From positions 25,358,001 through 25,422,000 of the forward strand of contig OZ024744.1 of assembly GCA_964016885.1 (NCBI GenBank): a DNA stretch of 64,000 nucleotides, read 5' to 3'. Below, in pieces: positions 42,426 to 55,692 of the stretch (within the stretch, counting starts at the first letter, position 1; the number at the start of each line of letters is the position of its first letter). Under the pieces are notes generated by a model, which was not told the origin of the DNA, ran no database searches, and saw only the letters and a list, made by a program, of their open reading frames with translations. Origin of the DNA: Eledone cirrhosa. Taxonomy: Eukaryota. A program made the translations under genes and the position numbers.

Positions 42426-43752
42426 ATAGGCCTGTAATAAAATACAGCATTCGTACAGAATATCATAGGCCTGTAACAAAATACAGCATTCATACAGAAT
42501 ATCATATGCCTGTAACAAAATACAGCATTCGTACAGAATATCATAGGCCTGTAACAAAATACAGCATTCGTACAGAATATCATAGGCCTGTAACAAAATA
42601 CAGCATTTATACAGAATATCATAGACCTGTAACAAAATACAGCATTCGTACAGAATATCATAGGCCTGTAACAAAATACAGCATTTATACAGAATATCAT
42701 ATGCCTGTAACAAAATACAGCATTCGTACAGAATATCATAGGCCTGTAACAAAATACAGCATTCGTACAGAATATCATAGGCCTGTAACAAAATACAGCA
42801 TTCGTACAGAATATCATAGGCCTGTAACAAAATACAGCATTCATACAGAATATCATAGGCCTGTAACAAAATACAGCATTCGTACAGAATATCATAGGCC
42901 TGTAACAAAATACAGCATTCGTACAGAATATCATAGGCCTGTAACAAAATACAGCATTCATACAGAATATCATAGGCCTGTAACAAAATACAGCATTGGT
43001 ACAGAATATCATAGGCCTGTAACAAAATACAGCATTGGTACAGAATATCATAGGCCTGTAACAAAATACAGCATTCATACAGAATATCATAGGCCTGTAA
43101 CAAAATACAGCATTGGTACAGAATATCATATGCCTGTAACAAAATACAGCATTTATACAGAATATCATAGGCCTGTGACAAAATACAGCATTCGTACAGA
43201 ATATCATAGGCCTGTAACAAAATACAGCATTTATACAGAATATCATAGGCCTGTAACAAAATACAGCATTGGTACAGAATATCATAGGCCTGTAACAAAA
43301 TACAGCATTGGTACAGAATATCATAGGCCTGTAACAAAATACAGCATTCGTACAGAATATCATAGGCCTGTAACAAAATACAGCATTCGTACAGAATATC
43401 ATAGGCCTGTAACAAAATACAGCATTCGTACAGAATATCATAGGCCTGTAACAAAATACAGCATTCGTACAGAATATCATAGGCCTGTAACAAAATACAG
43501 CATTGGTACAGAATATCATAGGCCTGTAACAAAATACAGCATTGGTACAGAATATCATAGGCCTGTAACAAAATACAGCATTCGTACAGAATATCATAGG
43601 CCTGTAACAAAATACAGCATTGGTACAGAATATCATATGCCTATAACAAAATACAGCATTCATACAGAATATCATAGGCCTGTAACAAAATACAGCATTT
43701 ATACAGAATATCATAGGCCTGTAACAAAATACAGCATTCGTACAGAATATCA
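42426..43752. repeat. 39-bp minisatellite, 34 units
   Basis: AGGCCTGTAACAAAATACAGCATT(CG/CA/TA/GG)TACAGAATATCAT. Confidence 0.98.
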
Positions 43753-44700
43753 CATGTGTACAGCAAAGTTCAAATTTAAACTAATATTAACTACATTTAC
43801 TGCTATATACGACACACGGCCTACTATTGTAAAGACTTTATTGCCATGCTAAATATATATAAATATATATAAATCAGAAACAATGCAGTAAAAGCCAGTT
43901 AAACCATTATTCACCAGGGTACTCGATACTTGAGGCAGTAGAATGGGTAATATGAAAATGTCGGGCCCCCGTACACACATACACGCCTATTCGCACACAT
44001 AGACACGTTTACACGCAAATCACACGCACGCGCAAACATAAATACACACACACACACACGAATACAGACAAACACATATATACACATAGATGCAGACACA
44101 TACATGCAAGAATACGCACACACATATACACGCTTACACACAAAATAACATACACACACACACCCAAAAACATACACACATATAGGCCACAACTTGCTCT
44201 CACGCGCACACAGAGGAGGATATACACGAACAGACACACAGACATGGACAAACACACACACGACACACGCACATGTGCAAAGACACACACACACACATAC
44301 AAACAGACACAGACACACACAGGCACACGGACACACACACAACGGCATAGATATAGACAGTGTGGAACAAGTGATATAGTATGTGTGTGTGTATATATAT
44401 ATGTGTGTATGAGTGAATGTGTGTGTGTATATATAGATATGTGTGTGTATGTGTGTGTGTGTATATGCGTGAGCATGTGTGTGTGTATGTGTATGTTTGT
44501 GTGTGTATATATATATGTGTGTGTGTGTGTGTGTATGTGTAAGTGTATATACATATATGTGTGTGTATGTGTGTATGTGTGTGTATATATATATATGTGT
44601 ATGTGTGTATGTGTGTATGGTATGTGTGTGTATATATATATGTGTGTGTATGTGTGTGTGTGTGTGTGTATGTGGGTGTATGTGTTTGTATGTGTGTGTG

Positions 44701-44734
<34 letters not shown>

Positions 44735-44771
44735 TGTATGTATGTATGTATGTATGTATGTATGTATGTAT

Positions 44772-45380
44772 GTCAGGTCACCAGTTGGTGCTACTGGTAA
44801 CATGTATCCCAGTACAACCTGTCTCATGGTCGGGTCGTTGGCGACTAAACTGGCAACCCCACCAATGTTTCTTGGTGAGGAGGGTGACTTTGGACATCCT
44901 GCAGGACTAAAAACAAAACCTGTCAAAGGGCAAGGGAGCTCTTAAGAGTCAATAGCCATCCAAAATCACCGGGAGAGATGACCCCTTAGCCTTTGTCGAG
45001 GCAGAATTCTAGGAGAAGGAAAACTCTGATATAACACCTGCAACCCTGATGGTATCCAATGATGTTGACTTGTTCTTCTTTTTGGTAAATATCATCTTGG
45101 TTAAGAGAGTGGGATTGGCTTTGTGCAGTGCATTTGCTCACTATAAAATCTTCACGGCACAGGCATTGCTTGATATCTGGATATCTCTCTGCACTTGTCG
45201 TCACGTGGTACCAAGGGCCCAGCACTATGTGTCACTAATTGTCACAAGTGTAGTGTTTGTACCAGAGTTTTCAAGTCGCTGGCTGGACTAAAAAGTCACA
45301 CTTGTTCAGCGCATCGGTAGGGGTTCTCCTACATGGATATAAAGTAGTGGCCGTACTCGAAAACGAGTTGGCAGCTACCA
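44772..45380 (+). mobile_element. ~610-bp non-autonomous retroposon, copy 4
   Basis: Follows (TATG)n; ends GCAGCTACCA-TGTG. Confidence 0.9.
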
Positions 45381-45549
45381 TGTGTGCGTGTGTGTGTGTA
45401 TGTGTGTATGTATGTGTATGTGTGTGTATGCCGCGTGGTGGTGTGTGTATGTGTGTGTGTATATATATGTATATATGTGTGTGTGTATGTGTGTATGTAT
45501 ATAAATATATATGTGTATGTTTGTCTATGCGTATGTGTATGTGTGTGTG

Positions 45550-45580
<31 letters not shown>

Positions 45581-45745
45581 ATGTGTGTATGCATGTGTGT
45601 ATACGTGTATGCATATGTGTGTACACGTGTGTGTATGTATGTGTGTGTATGTGTATATATGTGTATGTATATGTGTGTGTGTTTCTATGTGTATTTGACT
45701 ATGTGTGAGTGTCCATGTGTGTCTATGTGTATATGTATGTATATA

Positions 45746-45806
<61 letters not shown>

Positions 45807-45894
45807 CTGTGTAGGTATGTATGTGTTATGTGCGTGTCTATGTATATATATATGTATGTATATATGTATGCATGTATATATGTATGTATGCATC

Positions 45895-45970
<76 letters not shown>

Positions 45971-45972
<2 letters not shown>

Positions 45973-46476
45973 ATCTCTTTCTCTTAATTTCGAGTATTTT
46001 TTTTTTGACCGGCCACCTTCCTGGTGGCAAGGTTGTAAAAGAAAATAAATTGTCATCCCTTGAATCGCAAGAATGTTTTGCAAATGTTGAAGGTGCCAGC
46101 TATCGCAGCCATTTGTAGACTATGAATTAGGGAGCTGCGCTTTTTGTCCGCAAATCCAAGTTCAGTCATACTTTGGTTCAAGCGGGTTGGTATATAACCC
46201 GTAGCTCCAATAATGATGGGTATGAAGCTAAAGGTGTATCTTGGATACTGGATTTGTAAACTCCTCATCAGTAGTCCGTAGATGTCCTCCTTCTCCTGTA
46301 TTTTTCTGACAACGTTTACATCAAGTGGGCAGCTGATCTCCACAACAGAATACGTTTTCAATGTGTGGTCCCAAACAACAATACCAGGCCGGTTGTGCAT
46401 TAATTTGGTGGCAGTTTTTATTTTCAGGTTCCACCAGTATTCCTTAGTGCCATCTGTCTCAAGATATTCTTCCTCG
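45971..46476 (-). mobile_element. R4/Dong-like LINE 3' fragment, family A
   Basis: ORF 46053-46400 is homologous to 25557-26084; (CATA)n at both ends in element orientation. Confidence 0.88.
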
Positions 46477-46621
46477 ATGTATGTATGTATGTATGTATAT
46501 ATGTATATATGTATGTATATATATGTGTGTATGCATGTATATATGTATGTGTGTATATATGCATATATGTATATATATAAGTATGTATGTATGTATTCAT
46601 GTATGTATGTATACGTGTATG

Positions 46622-48743
46622 TTCTTCTGGTTTTATAATTTCACAAAGTTTTACCAATAGAGAGAGAGTCGGTTTCTAACATAGACACAAGACTCTCACA
46701 TTGGAATGTTCACAACATCAACTAGGTAAATATGTATGTATGTCTGCAGGTGTAGATATGGATGTTATTGTATGTGTGGATTTGTATGTTTTGAGTAGTA
46801 TGTGTGCATTTGTATATGCTTTGTATCTGTACATGTGTATATATGCAGTAATTAGATGCAACATTTTTGAAATGTTTTACATATTTTAACTGTTTCATTA
46901 ATGGATTGTACTTGTAATTTCCTAACTAGTTGTGTTCTTTCTGTTCCTGTGAAGCCTAGCTTCTCAAGATTTGTACTGAGGCACTTACTAACATATCCCA
47001 GTGCCCCAATAATCACAGGCATAAGTCTGAAGATGTAATCAGGGTGTAGTATCTGCAGATTTCGCATAATTTCTGCATAAATATTCTCCCTTTTACTAAT
47101 CTTAAGTTTTTTGTACCAGTAGCCGACAATCATGTCTCTTCCTGGTGTTTTCTTATCTTGGAGTTTTCCTATCACAATCTCAAGGGTACCCTCACTTATT
47201 TCTTATGTTTTTGTTGTAGTGTAGGGGCAATAGTTCTTTCGGATTTCTCTTAGTCACACTGCATCTTGGTTGAAATTCTTCTTTTCACACCATATTTTTC
47301 TCCAAAAGGAATCTATGTCTTTCTAGGATGGGGCCTCAGTGACACTTATTATTTTGTTCTTCATATCTCTATAGACTGATGTTTGGTTTCGTCTGAATCT
47401 TTTATTAGGCACTTTTCTCACTTCTACCGTTTTCAGGTATCGGCGTTTTTCGCTAACAGCTCTCAATTCTTGTTTGAGGGTGATCTGCTTATATTGAAGA
47501 GTTCTCGTTTTACTGTTCTCGTTCTATTTTATTTTTCACTCTTTGTTGGTGAGGAGTGAGGTTTTTGTGTGTTTGTTTGCATGTAAGGAACATTGTCACA
47601 TCCTATATTTTTTCGTAGGTCAGCAATCTTTTTTCTATTTTAGTTATATATGATGGTATATTTGGTGGTGTTTTGTTCTTGTTAATATCTCTGCTATCAC
47701 CAAGATAATGCTTCACTGTCGTTGCTAAGGCATATAAATAGGCGTTGATTTGCCAAAATGTTGGGGTTTTTATCGATCGTAAATATTCATCCCCTATTTG
47801 GTCAATAACACGTAATATTTCATTATTTGGATTTTTATTAAACATTGTCGTTTTATACGTTCAGCAAGAGAGAAATTAACTCATGTATAAATATCTCTCA
47901 GCAAGAGAGATATTTATACATGAGTTAATTTCTCTCTGGAAGATTTCGTTGAGGGAAATTTTCAACTTTTTATACTTTTGATTATCATTATCGAGAGAAT
48001 TTTCCACAACAGTCGAGGTAGACTCGGATGGTATACGTGGTGTCACATTTATTCGATAATTATTATTATTTCTTCGATTATTATTATTATCGATAGTATT
48101 TTCCCCAGCATTCGAGGTAGACTTAGATGGTACACGAGGTGTCAAGTTTCTTACATGCGTAGTTGTTTCATGGTGCTGTTCGACCTGGCTGCTAGGAAGA
48201 CTAGTAGCATGGCGACCTGTAGCACGTGTTATTGATGACATGTTTGTTGTGGGGGACTTACAATTAATACTATTTATCTTATTTTTACGTTCAACAAACG
48301 TCGCTTGTTGGCGTAATTGTTTCGCTGTGAAATAATTTAGCTCTGGGTGCACTTCGTCCCAGTGTAGCTTCATTTTATTCATATAGCCAATTAAGTTCGC
48401 AACTCCAAGAGAAATGCGATTTATAATTGCGGTTTCTTCTGTAGCTACAACAGAATAAAGTTTGTTTACCTTCTTTGTTATTTGTCTTCGGTACTTCCTT
48501 AATTTTTGTTGTTGATGTTGTGTTCAGCCATGCTGTTTGTAGCAAATCTATGTAAAATGAATTATGTATTTAGTCGGACATCTCTACGAATTCTAATAAA
48601 AGGTGTCTTCAGTAGATATAGTTAGAAGAATAACCAGTTATTCAACATGACTGTAGTTGTGGCATTACTCTCGGAGATAGTATTCATCTTAAATATAATA
48701 AAAAGTCTCCCACGCCAAAATATGCGACTGATCTCGTTGACTG
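46622..48743 (-). mobile_element. R4/Dong-like LINE, family B, both ends apparently retained with a large internal deletion
   Basis: N-terminal pieces (HWDEVHPEL..KQLRQQA; WQINAYLYA), KTPGRDMIVGYWYKKL joined to ENIY..FRLMPVIIGALG..VKICKTF, and a 3'UTR ending in (CATA)n. Confidence 0.8.
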
Positions 48744-48798
48744 TGTGTGTGTATGCATGTATCTATGCATGTATGTATGTGTGTATGTATGTATGTAT

Positions 48799-49366
48799 GT
48801 ACAACCTGTCCCATGGTCGGGTCGTTGGCGACTAAACTGGCAACCCCACCAAGGTTTCTTGGTGAGGAGGGTGACTTTGGACATCCTGCAGGACTAAAAA
48901 CAAAACCTGTTAAAGGGCAAAGGAGCTCTTAAGAGTCAATGGCCATCCAAAATCACCGGGAGAGATGACCCCTTAGCCTTTGTCAAGGCAGAATTCTAGG
49001 AGAAGGAAAACTCTGATATAACACCTGCAACCCTGATGGTATCCAATGATGTTGACTTGTTCTTCTTTTTGGTAAATATCATCTTGGTTAAGAGAGTGGG
49101 ACTGGCTTTGTGCAGTGCCTTTGCTCACTATAAAAGCTTCACGGCACAGGCATTGCTTTGTATCTGGAGATCTCTCTGCACTTGTCGTCACATGGTACCA
49201 TGGGCCCAGCACTATGTGTCAATAATTGTCACAAGTGTAGTGTTTGTACCAGAGTTTTCAAGTCGCTGGCTGGACTAAAAAGTCACACTCGTTCAGCGCA
49301 TCGGTAGGGGTTCTCCTACATGGATATAAGGTAGTGGCCGTACTCGAAAACGAGTTGGCAGCCACC

Positions 49367-49367
<1 letters not shown>
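48799..49367 (+). mobile_element. ~610-bp non-autonomous retroposon, copy 5
   Basis: (TATG)n on both sides; 5'-truncated at GTACAACC. Confidence 0.9.
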
Positions 49368-49399
<32 letters not shown>

Positions 49400-49447
49400 T
49401 GTATGTATGTATGTATACATATGTATCTATATATATATGTATGTATG

Positions 49448-49481
<34 letters not shown>

Positions 49482-49555
49482 TGTATGTATGTATGTATGT
49501 ATGTATGTATGTATGTATGTATACATATGTATCTATATATATATATGTATGTATG

Positions 49556-49589
<34 letters not shown>

Positions 49590-49615
49590 TGTATGTATGT
49601 ATGTATGTATGTATG

Positions 49616-49649
<34 letters not shown>

Positions 49650-49697
49650 TGTATGTATGTATGTATACATATGTATCTATATATATATGTATGTATG

Positions 49698-49731
<34 letters not shown>

Positions 49732-50239
49732 TGTATGTATGTATGTATGTATGTATGTATGTATGTATATATGTATGTATGTATGTGTGTCTGTTCTGGT
49801 CAAGTTGTTATGTTGGCCAAGGTTTCGTTGCTATGACTAAGGTTATCAGAAGTGAAATCTCTACAGTGAAAAGCACTGCTTGGTGTAAGCGTTCAAGACA
49901 CAGACACACACACACACACACACACACAGTATTATCAATTATTATAACACACACACCAAAACACATAAATGCAAGATACTGGCACACTCACACACACAGA
50001 TACTCCCACACTAACACACACACATATACTCGCACACACACACACACACAGATACTTGCACACACACACACATATACTGGCACACTTACACACACACATA
50101 CATACAGACATATTCACTAGAGTCCACATATGATTAATACAACAAATTACGCCAATAATAACCCGACAATTAGTTGCAATTTGTTTGTTATTCTTATTAG
50201 TATTTGTATTTTTTTATATACATCATATGTATATGTATG

Positions 50240-50283
<44 letters not shown>

Positions 50284-50376
50284 TATATGTGTATATATAT
50301 ATATATTTATAATACTACACATATATTCATACACACATATATATATATACGTGTATATATATACATATATATATAC

Positions 50377-50530
<154 letters not shown>

Positions 50531-50545
50531 GTATATATATACACG

Positions 50546-50604
<59 letters not shown>

Positions 50605-50840
50605 TATGTATAATGAGGGAGAGAGAGAGAGAGAGAGAGTGTGTTATTTTGCTCTAATATATCGATAGATGTCCATGTAATCTTCCGTACGGTCCCTGTG
50701 TCTCTACATACGTCCGGTTCGCTTCATGTCTCTCTTACATCTGATTGCATGTGTGTGTATATATATATATATATGCGTCTGTGTGTGCGTGTACGTGTGT
50801 GTGTGTGTGTGTGGGTGTGTGGGGGTGTGTGTGGGTGTGT

Positions 50841-50880
<40 letters not shown>

Positions 50881-50965
50881 ATTTTTATATACGTATTGTA
50901 TTCATTTGTGTGTGTAAAAACTGAAGTCGTATATCACTGTGATGTGTGATTCTGCATACGTTCTC

Positions 50966-51031
<66 letters not shown>

Positions 51032-51067
51032 GTATATATATATACATGCATATGCATGTATGTATGC

Positions 51068-51110
<43 letters not shown>

Positions 51111-51170
51111 TACACATATGTACATACATATATATGTATGTTATATACAAGTTATACACACACACACAGG

Positions 51171-51244
<74 letters not shown>

Positions 51245-51254
51245 TATATATACA

Positions 51255-54200
51255 TAAATAAAAGCAAAAACAAAAACCATAACCTACATAAAAATAACCA
51301 CTACCACAGTCACCAACAGTCTTCTAAACAGGAAACTTCTTCCTCTTTTTTAGCCATAATGAATCTGGCAAAAGAACTGGAAAAAAACATTCGAGCTATC
51401 ACCCAGCACCACCCTCCACTATCACCCCACTGCACAAACTCCCATTGCTGCCATTAACAAACAAACAAATTAACAACACACCAAAACAATTAAAACCATC
51501 CACTCTCGCCTCTACATTTTTGCTTAACGCCCAAGGCATCAGCCCTTCCACCAATACTCAAAAATGGAAGATCAAATTCCTGGAGGACTGGATTGATGTC
51601 CATCCAAACCACATCCCTTTCTTCGTCCTCACTGAAACCCATCTCAGTAACCTCCACTTGGAAGCCGAGGTGAAAGTGAAAAATTTCAAAGCCATCCGTG
51701 CTGATCGCGCTGGCAGAAGAAAGGGCGGAACTGCCATTTATGTCCATAATTCTTTCTCAACAGAGGCTATGAACATATTCACTAATGGATACTGTGAGGC
51801 AGTCACTGTATTCAGTCAAACCAACAACCTATTAGTAGTTGGGCTCTATAGGCCACCCCAAACGCCTGTACCATGCTTCAAGGAATGCCTCAACAGCATA
51901 AAGTGTTTCATCCAAGAGTGTCACCCTGACAACATCTTAATGATGGGGGACTTCAACCTCCCCGGAGTTGACTGGTCCACAAACACCCTGCCACCAGGTT
52001 CTTCTGCCTCAACCTCTGACAGGGAAGCTGTGGAATCGCTTCTTGACTTCATGGATGATTTCTTCCTATCCCAACTAGTGCTCGAACCAACGAGGTGCCA
52101 CAAAAACGTCCTAGACTTAATTTTCAGCAATCACACTGACAATATCCACAATATTGCAGTGGAGAAAACTCTACTCTCTGATCATGACATGGTTCTCTGT
52201 GATCTGAGATTCCACCGTCCAATATACAAACCCAATGTCATTTCTCCTGTCCATCCGTTTGACGCTATGGATTTCCACAATGCAAACTGGGAAGCGATCA
52301 GTCATGATCTTGCACATGTCGACTGGTCCTTCACGCACACTCATACACCCACTAACATCAAAAAGTCCTGGCAGACTTTTGTGGACACTGTTACAAACAT
52401 ATGTGCTAAACACACCCCATTAAGAACTATAAACAAATCTAAGAGCAGAATCCCTAGAAATAGAAAAACACTCATCAGAAAAATTAAGAGAACGAACAAA
52501 AAAATCAACAAGCTGAAATACTGTCAGCAGCAACACATCAACTTGACTGCCATTTCATCACTAGAGATTAAAAAACATAACCTCCAAAACAACATAATGT
52601 CCCTCATCAACAATCAGAGAAGAGCTGAAGAGGCCTGGGCCATTGAGAAGATCAAACTCAATCCCAAAGTGTTCTTTTCATTTGCAAAAAAACACAAAAT
52701 CACTGGCTCTACTGTTGGCCCTCTAATTGATGAAAATGGCACTCTTCAAGACAATGCTAAAACCATGGGTGAGATACTGCAGAAACAATACTGCTCTGTT
52801 TTCAGCAATCCTGATATGGCCGATCTGGGCTGTATCGGCGATGTTACTCCCCATTACACCTTATCGGACATAACGTTTGGCGCCCCTGATGTCTTGGCGG
52901 CAATAAAGGAAATCAAACATAATTCAGCAGTAGGTCCCGATAGGTTCCCTGCTTGTGTCTTGAAGGCGTGTCAACACCAACTTGCTTCTCCTCTTGCCAA
53001 TCTGTGGCGGAACTCACTGGATGCTGGATATGTGCCAGAAAACCTTCTATCCCAGTCTGTTGTCCCAGTTTTCAAAAAGGGAAACAAATCCCTTGCCGTG
53101 AATTACCGTCCAATCTCACTCACCTCTCATATCATTAAGGTATTTGAGCGAGTGGTGAGATCGCGAATGACCCACTTCCTTGAGAGTAACAATATGCTGA
53201 ACTCCAACCAGCATGGATTCCGTAATGGAAGGGATTGCCTGACGCAACTACTGCATCACTTTGATGACATTTTGAGAGCCTTGGGAGAGGGTTCCAACAC
53301 TGATGTTATCTACCTTGATTTCAGCAAGGCCTTTGACAGGGTTGATCATAACATTCTACTGAGAAAGCTGTCCAATATTGGTGTCACTGGAAAGCTGCTG
53401 CAGTGGATCAAGAGCTTCCTGTCAAACAGAACCCAACATGTTGTAGTTGAGGGAGTCAAATCAAGCCCAGCCAAAGTCAGTAGTGGAGTCCCACAAGGCA
53501 CTGTGTTGGGCCCACTTCTCTTCATCATCTATATTAATGACATCACTGACATCATCAAACACAGCAACATTAAAATTTTCGCTGATGATTCCAAGCTCCA
53601 AAAGGTCATCAATGGCGTGGATGACCGGATAAGCCTTCAGTCAGACCTACTGGCTGTTACCCAATGGGCAGAAAAGAACAACATGTTACTGAACGAAGAC
53701 AAATTCGAACTGATCCACTTTGGAAAAGAGGATGCTCTGAAACTCCCGTACTCCCTTCCCTCCGGGGAAACTCTCGTGGCATCTAACAACATCAGAGACT
53801 TGGGAGTAACCGTGGACAGCAACATAAGCTGGACCACGCATATAAGCAGCAAAGTTGACATGGCCCGCAGAATGTGTTCCTGGATCCTCAGAACCTTCCA
53901 GTCGAGAGATTCCCGCACCATTATCCTTCTCTTCTCTACTTTCGCCCGACCACACCTTGAATACTGTTGTCCACTGTGGTCTCCCCACACGAAACAAAGT
54001 ATCATGAAACTTGAAGCTCCTCAAAGGGCAATCACGAAAAAGATAGATGGCATGTCAGACCTTGACTACTGGGGTCGATTGGAAAACCTGAAACTTTACT
54101 CACTCCAACGTCGCCGTGAGCGTTATATTATCTGCATGATGTGGAAAATGTTCCATCATCACTGCCCAAATGATGTTGGCATCGCCTTCAAGATACACCC

Positions 54201-54550
54201 AAGGCTTGGGCCCCGTGCTATCCGTCCCATTCAAAAATCTAAATCGCAACTCATAACAACAATACGGCACAATTATTTCACCTCAATCGGCCCTGCTCTC
54301 TTCAACATCACACCAGGACACGTCAAAACAGAAACTGACCACACAAGATTCAAGAAGTCTTTGGACAAATTCCTCCAAGTAATCCCGGACAAACCACCCA
54401 CACCCGGATATGTCTCCGCAAACAGTAATTCTCTTCTCGAATGGGCCATGGTGCCCAAATCCTGAATTGAAAGACTTCGCCAGGTGGTGCTATTAAGTTA
54501 GACATGGCCTGGGCCAATACTGGCCAAAACATTTCAAAGTTTCAAAGTTT
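51255..54550 (+). mobile_element. CR1-group LINE, 5'-truncated in ORF1, with (TTTCAAAG)n tail
   Basis: Probable ORF1 tail ending TAA 51455-51457, overlapping ORF2; short 3'UTR; octamer tail at 54532-54550. Confidence 0.9.
51445..54465 (+). CDS. LINE ORF2, AP endonuclease + reverse transcriptase, uninterrupted 1006 codons (TTG at 51445; true start unknown)
   Basis: LTETHL, LYRPP, MGDFNLP, LDLIF, SDH; [57 protein letters not shown]. Confidence 0.95.
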   Translation: MLPLTNKQINNTPKQLKPSTLASTFLLNAQGISPSTNTQKWKIKFLEDWIDVHPNHIPFFVLTETHLSNLHLEAEVKVKNFKAIRADRAGRRKGGTAIYVHNSFSTEAMNIFTNGYCEAVTVFSQTNNLLVVGLYRPPQTPVPCFKECLNSIKCFIQECHPDNILMMGDFNLPGVDWSTNTLPPGSSASTSDREAVESLLDFMDDFFLSQLVLEPTRCHKNVLDLIFSNHTDNIHNIAVEKTLLSDHDMVLCDLRFHRPIYKPNVISPVHPFDAMDFHNANWEAISHDLAHVDWSFTHTHTPTNIKKSWQTFVDTVTNICAKHTPLRTINKSKSRIPRNRKTLIRKIKRTNKKINKLKYCQQQHINLTAISSLEIKKHNLQNNIMSLINNQRRAEEAWAIEKIKLNPKVFFSFAKKHKITGSTVGPLIDENGTLQDNAKTMGEILQKQYCSVFSNPDMADLGCIGDVTPHYTLSDITFGAPDVLAAIKEIKHNSAVGPDRFPACVLKACQHQLASPLANLWRNSLDAGYVPENLLSQSVVPVFKKGNKSLAVNYRPISLTSHIIKVFERVVRSRMTHFLESNNMLNSNQHGFRNGRDCLTQLLHHFDDILRALGEGSNTDVIYLDFSKAFDRVDHNILLRKLSNIGVTGKLLQWIKSFLSNRTQHVVVEGVKSSPAKVSSGVPQGTVLGPLLFIIYINDITDIIKHSNIKIFADDSKLQKVINGVDDRISLQSDLLAVTQWAEKNNMLLNEDKFELIHFGKEDALKLPYSLPSGETLVASNNIRDLGVTVDSNISWTTHISSKVDMARRMCSWILRTFQSRDSRTIILLFSTFARPHLEYCCPLWSPHTKQSIMKLEAPQRAITKKIDGMSDLDYWGRLENLKLYSLQRRRERYIICMMWKMFHHHCPNDVGIAFKIHPRLGPRAIRPIQKSKSQLITTIRHNYFTSIGPALFNITPGHVKTETDHTRFKKSLDKFLQVIPDKPPTPGYVSANSNSLLEWAMVPKS

Positions 54551-54859
54551 TACATGCATATGTATATATATATATATATACATGCATTTGTATATATATA
54601 TATATATGTATATATATATACACATACATACACATACATACATATATATGTATGTTATATACAAGTTAATCACACACACACACATATATATATATATATG
54701 TATGTACATACATATATATATATATGTATGGGTATCTATATGTATGTTAGATACAAGTTATATATATAACTTGTATCTCATATATACCGACGACACCCAC
54801 CAATAAACTCCTAGATACGGAAACAGCCACGTACTTACACATATGTTTAATTCTGACTG

Positions 54860-55661
54860 TGCATATGCATGCGTGTGTGTGTGCGTATGTGTGTGTGTGT
54901 ATGTGTGCGTATGTGTGCGTATGTGTGCGTGTCTGTGTGTGTATGTGTGTGTGTGGGTGGGGGTGGGGGTGTATGCGTGTATGTGTGCGTGTGTGTGCGC
55001 GCGTATGTGTGCGTGTCTGTGTGTGTGTGTGTGCGTGTCTATGTGTGTGTGTGGGGGTGTATGTGTGTATGTGTGCGTGTCTGCGTGTGTGTGTGTATGT
55101 GTGTGTGTGTGTGCGTGTATGTGTGGGTGAATGTGTGTATGTGTGCGTGTCTTTGTGTGTGTGTGTGGGTGTAGGTGTGTATGTGTGCGTGTATGTGTGT
55201 GTGGGTGGGTGTATGTGTGTATGTGTGCGGGTCAGTGTGGGTGTGGGTATATATGTGTACCGCCCTCATCATGTCGATAGAGACATACAGACGGGCAATC
55301 AGTCTAGGAAAAAGATATGGACTAAAAAATGGATTCTATTATGTTTTCTCTGTCGCCATTTTTTTTCAGTTCATATATATATGTGTGTGTGCATTAACAC
55401 ACACACACATATATACAGTACACACACACTTATATATATATATACAGTACACACACACACATATATATACAGTCCACACACACATATACACAGTACACAC
55501 ACACATATACACAGTACACACACACACATATATATATAGTAACACACACACACATATATATATAATACAGTACACACACACACATATATATATATAATAT
55601 AGTACACACACACACACACATATATATATAATACAGTACACACACATATATATAATATAGT

Positions 55662-55692
<31 letters not shown>

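Noticed and set aside
44815-44890. Twister ribozyme in the 610-bp element (GTCCCA...GAGGAGGG)
   Set aside because: Motif order fits no circular permutation of twister, and the UAA cleavage segment is missing
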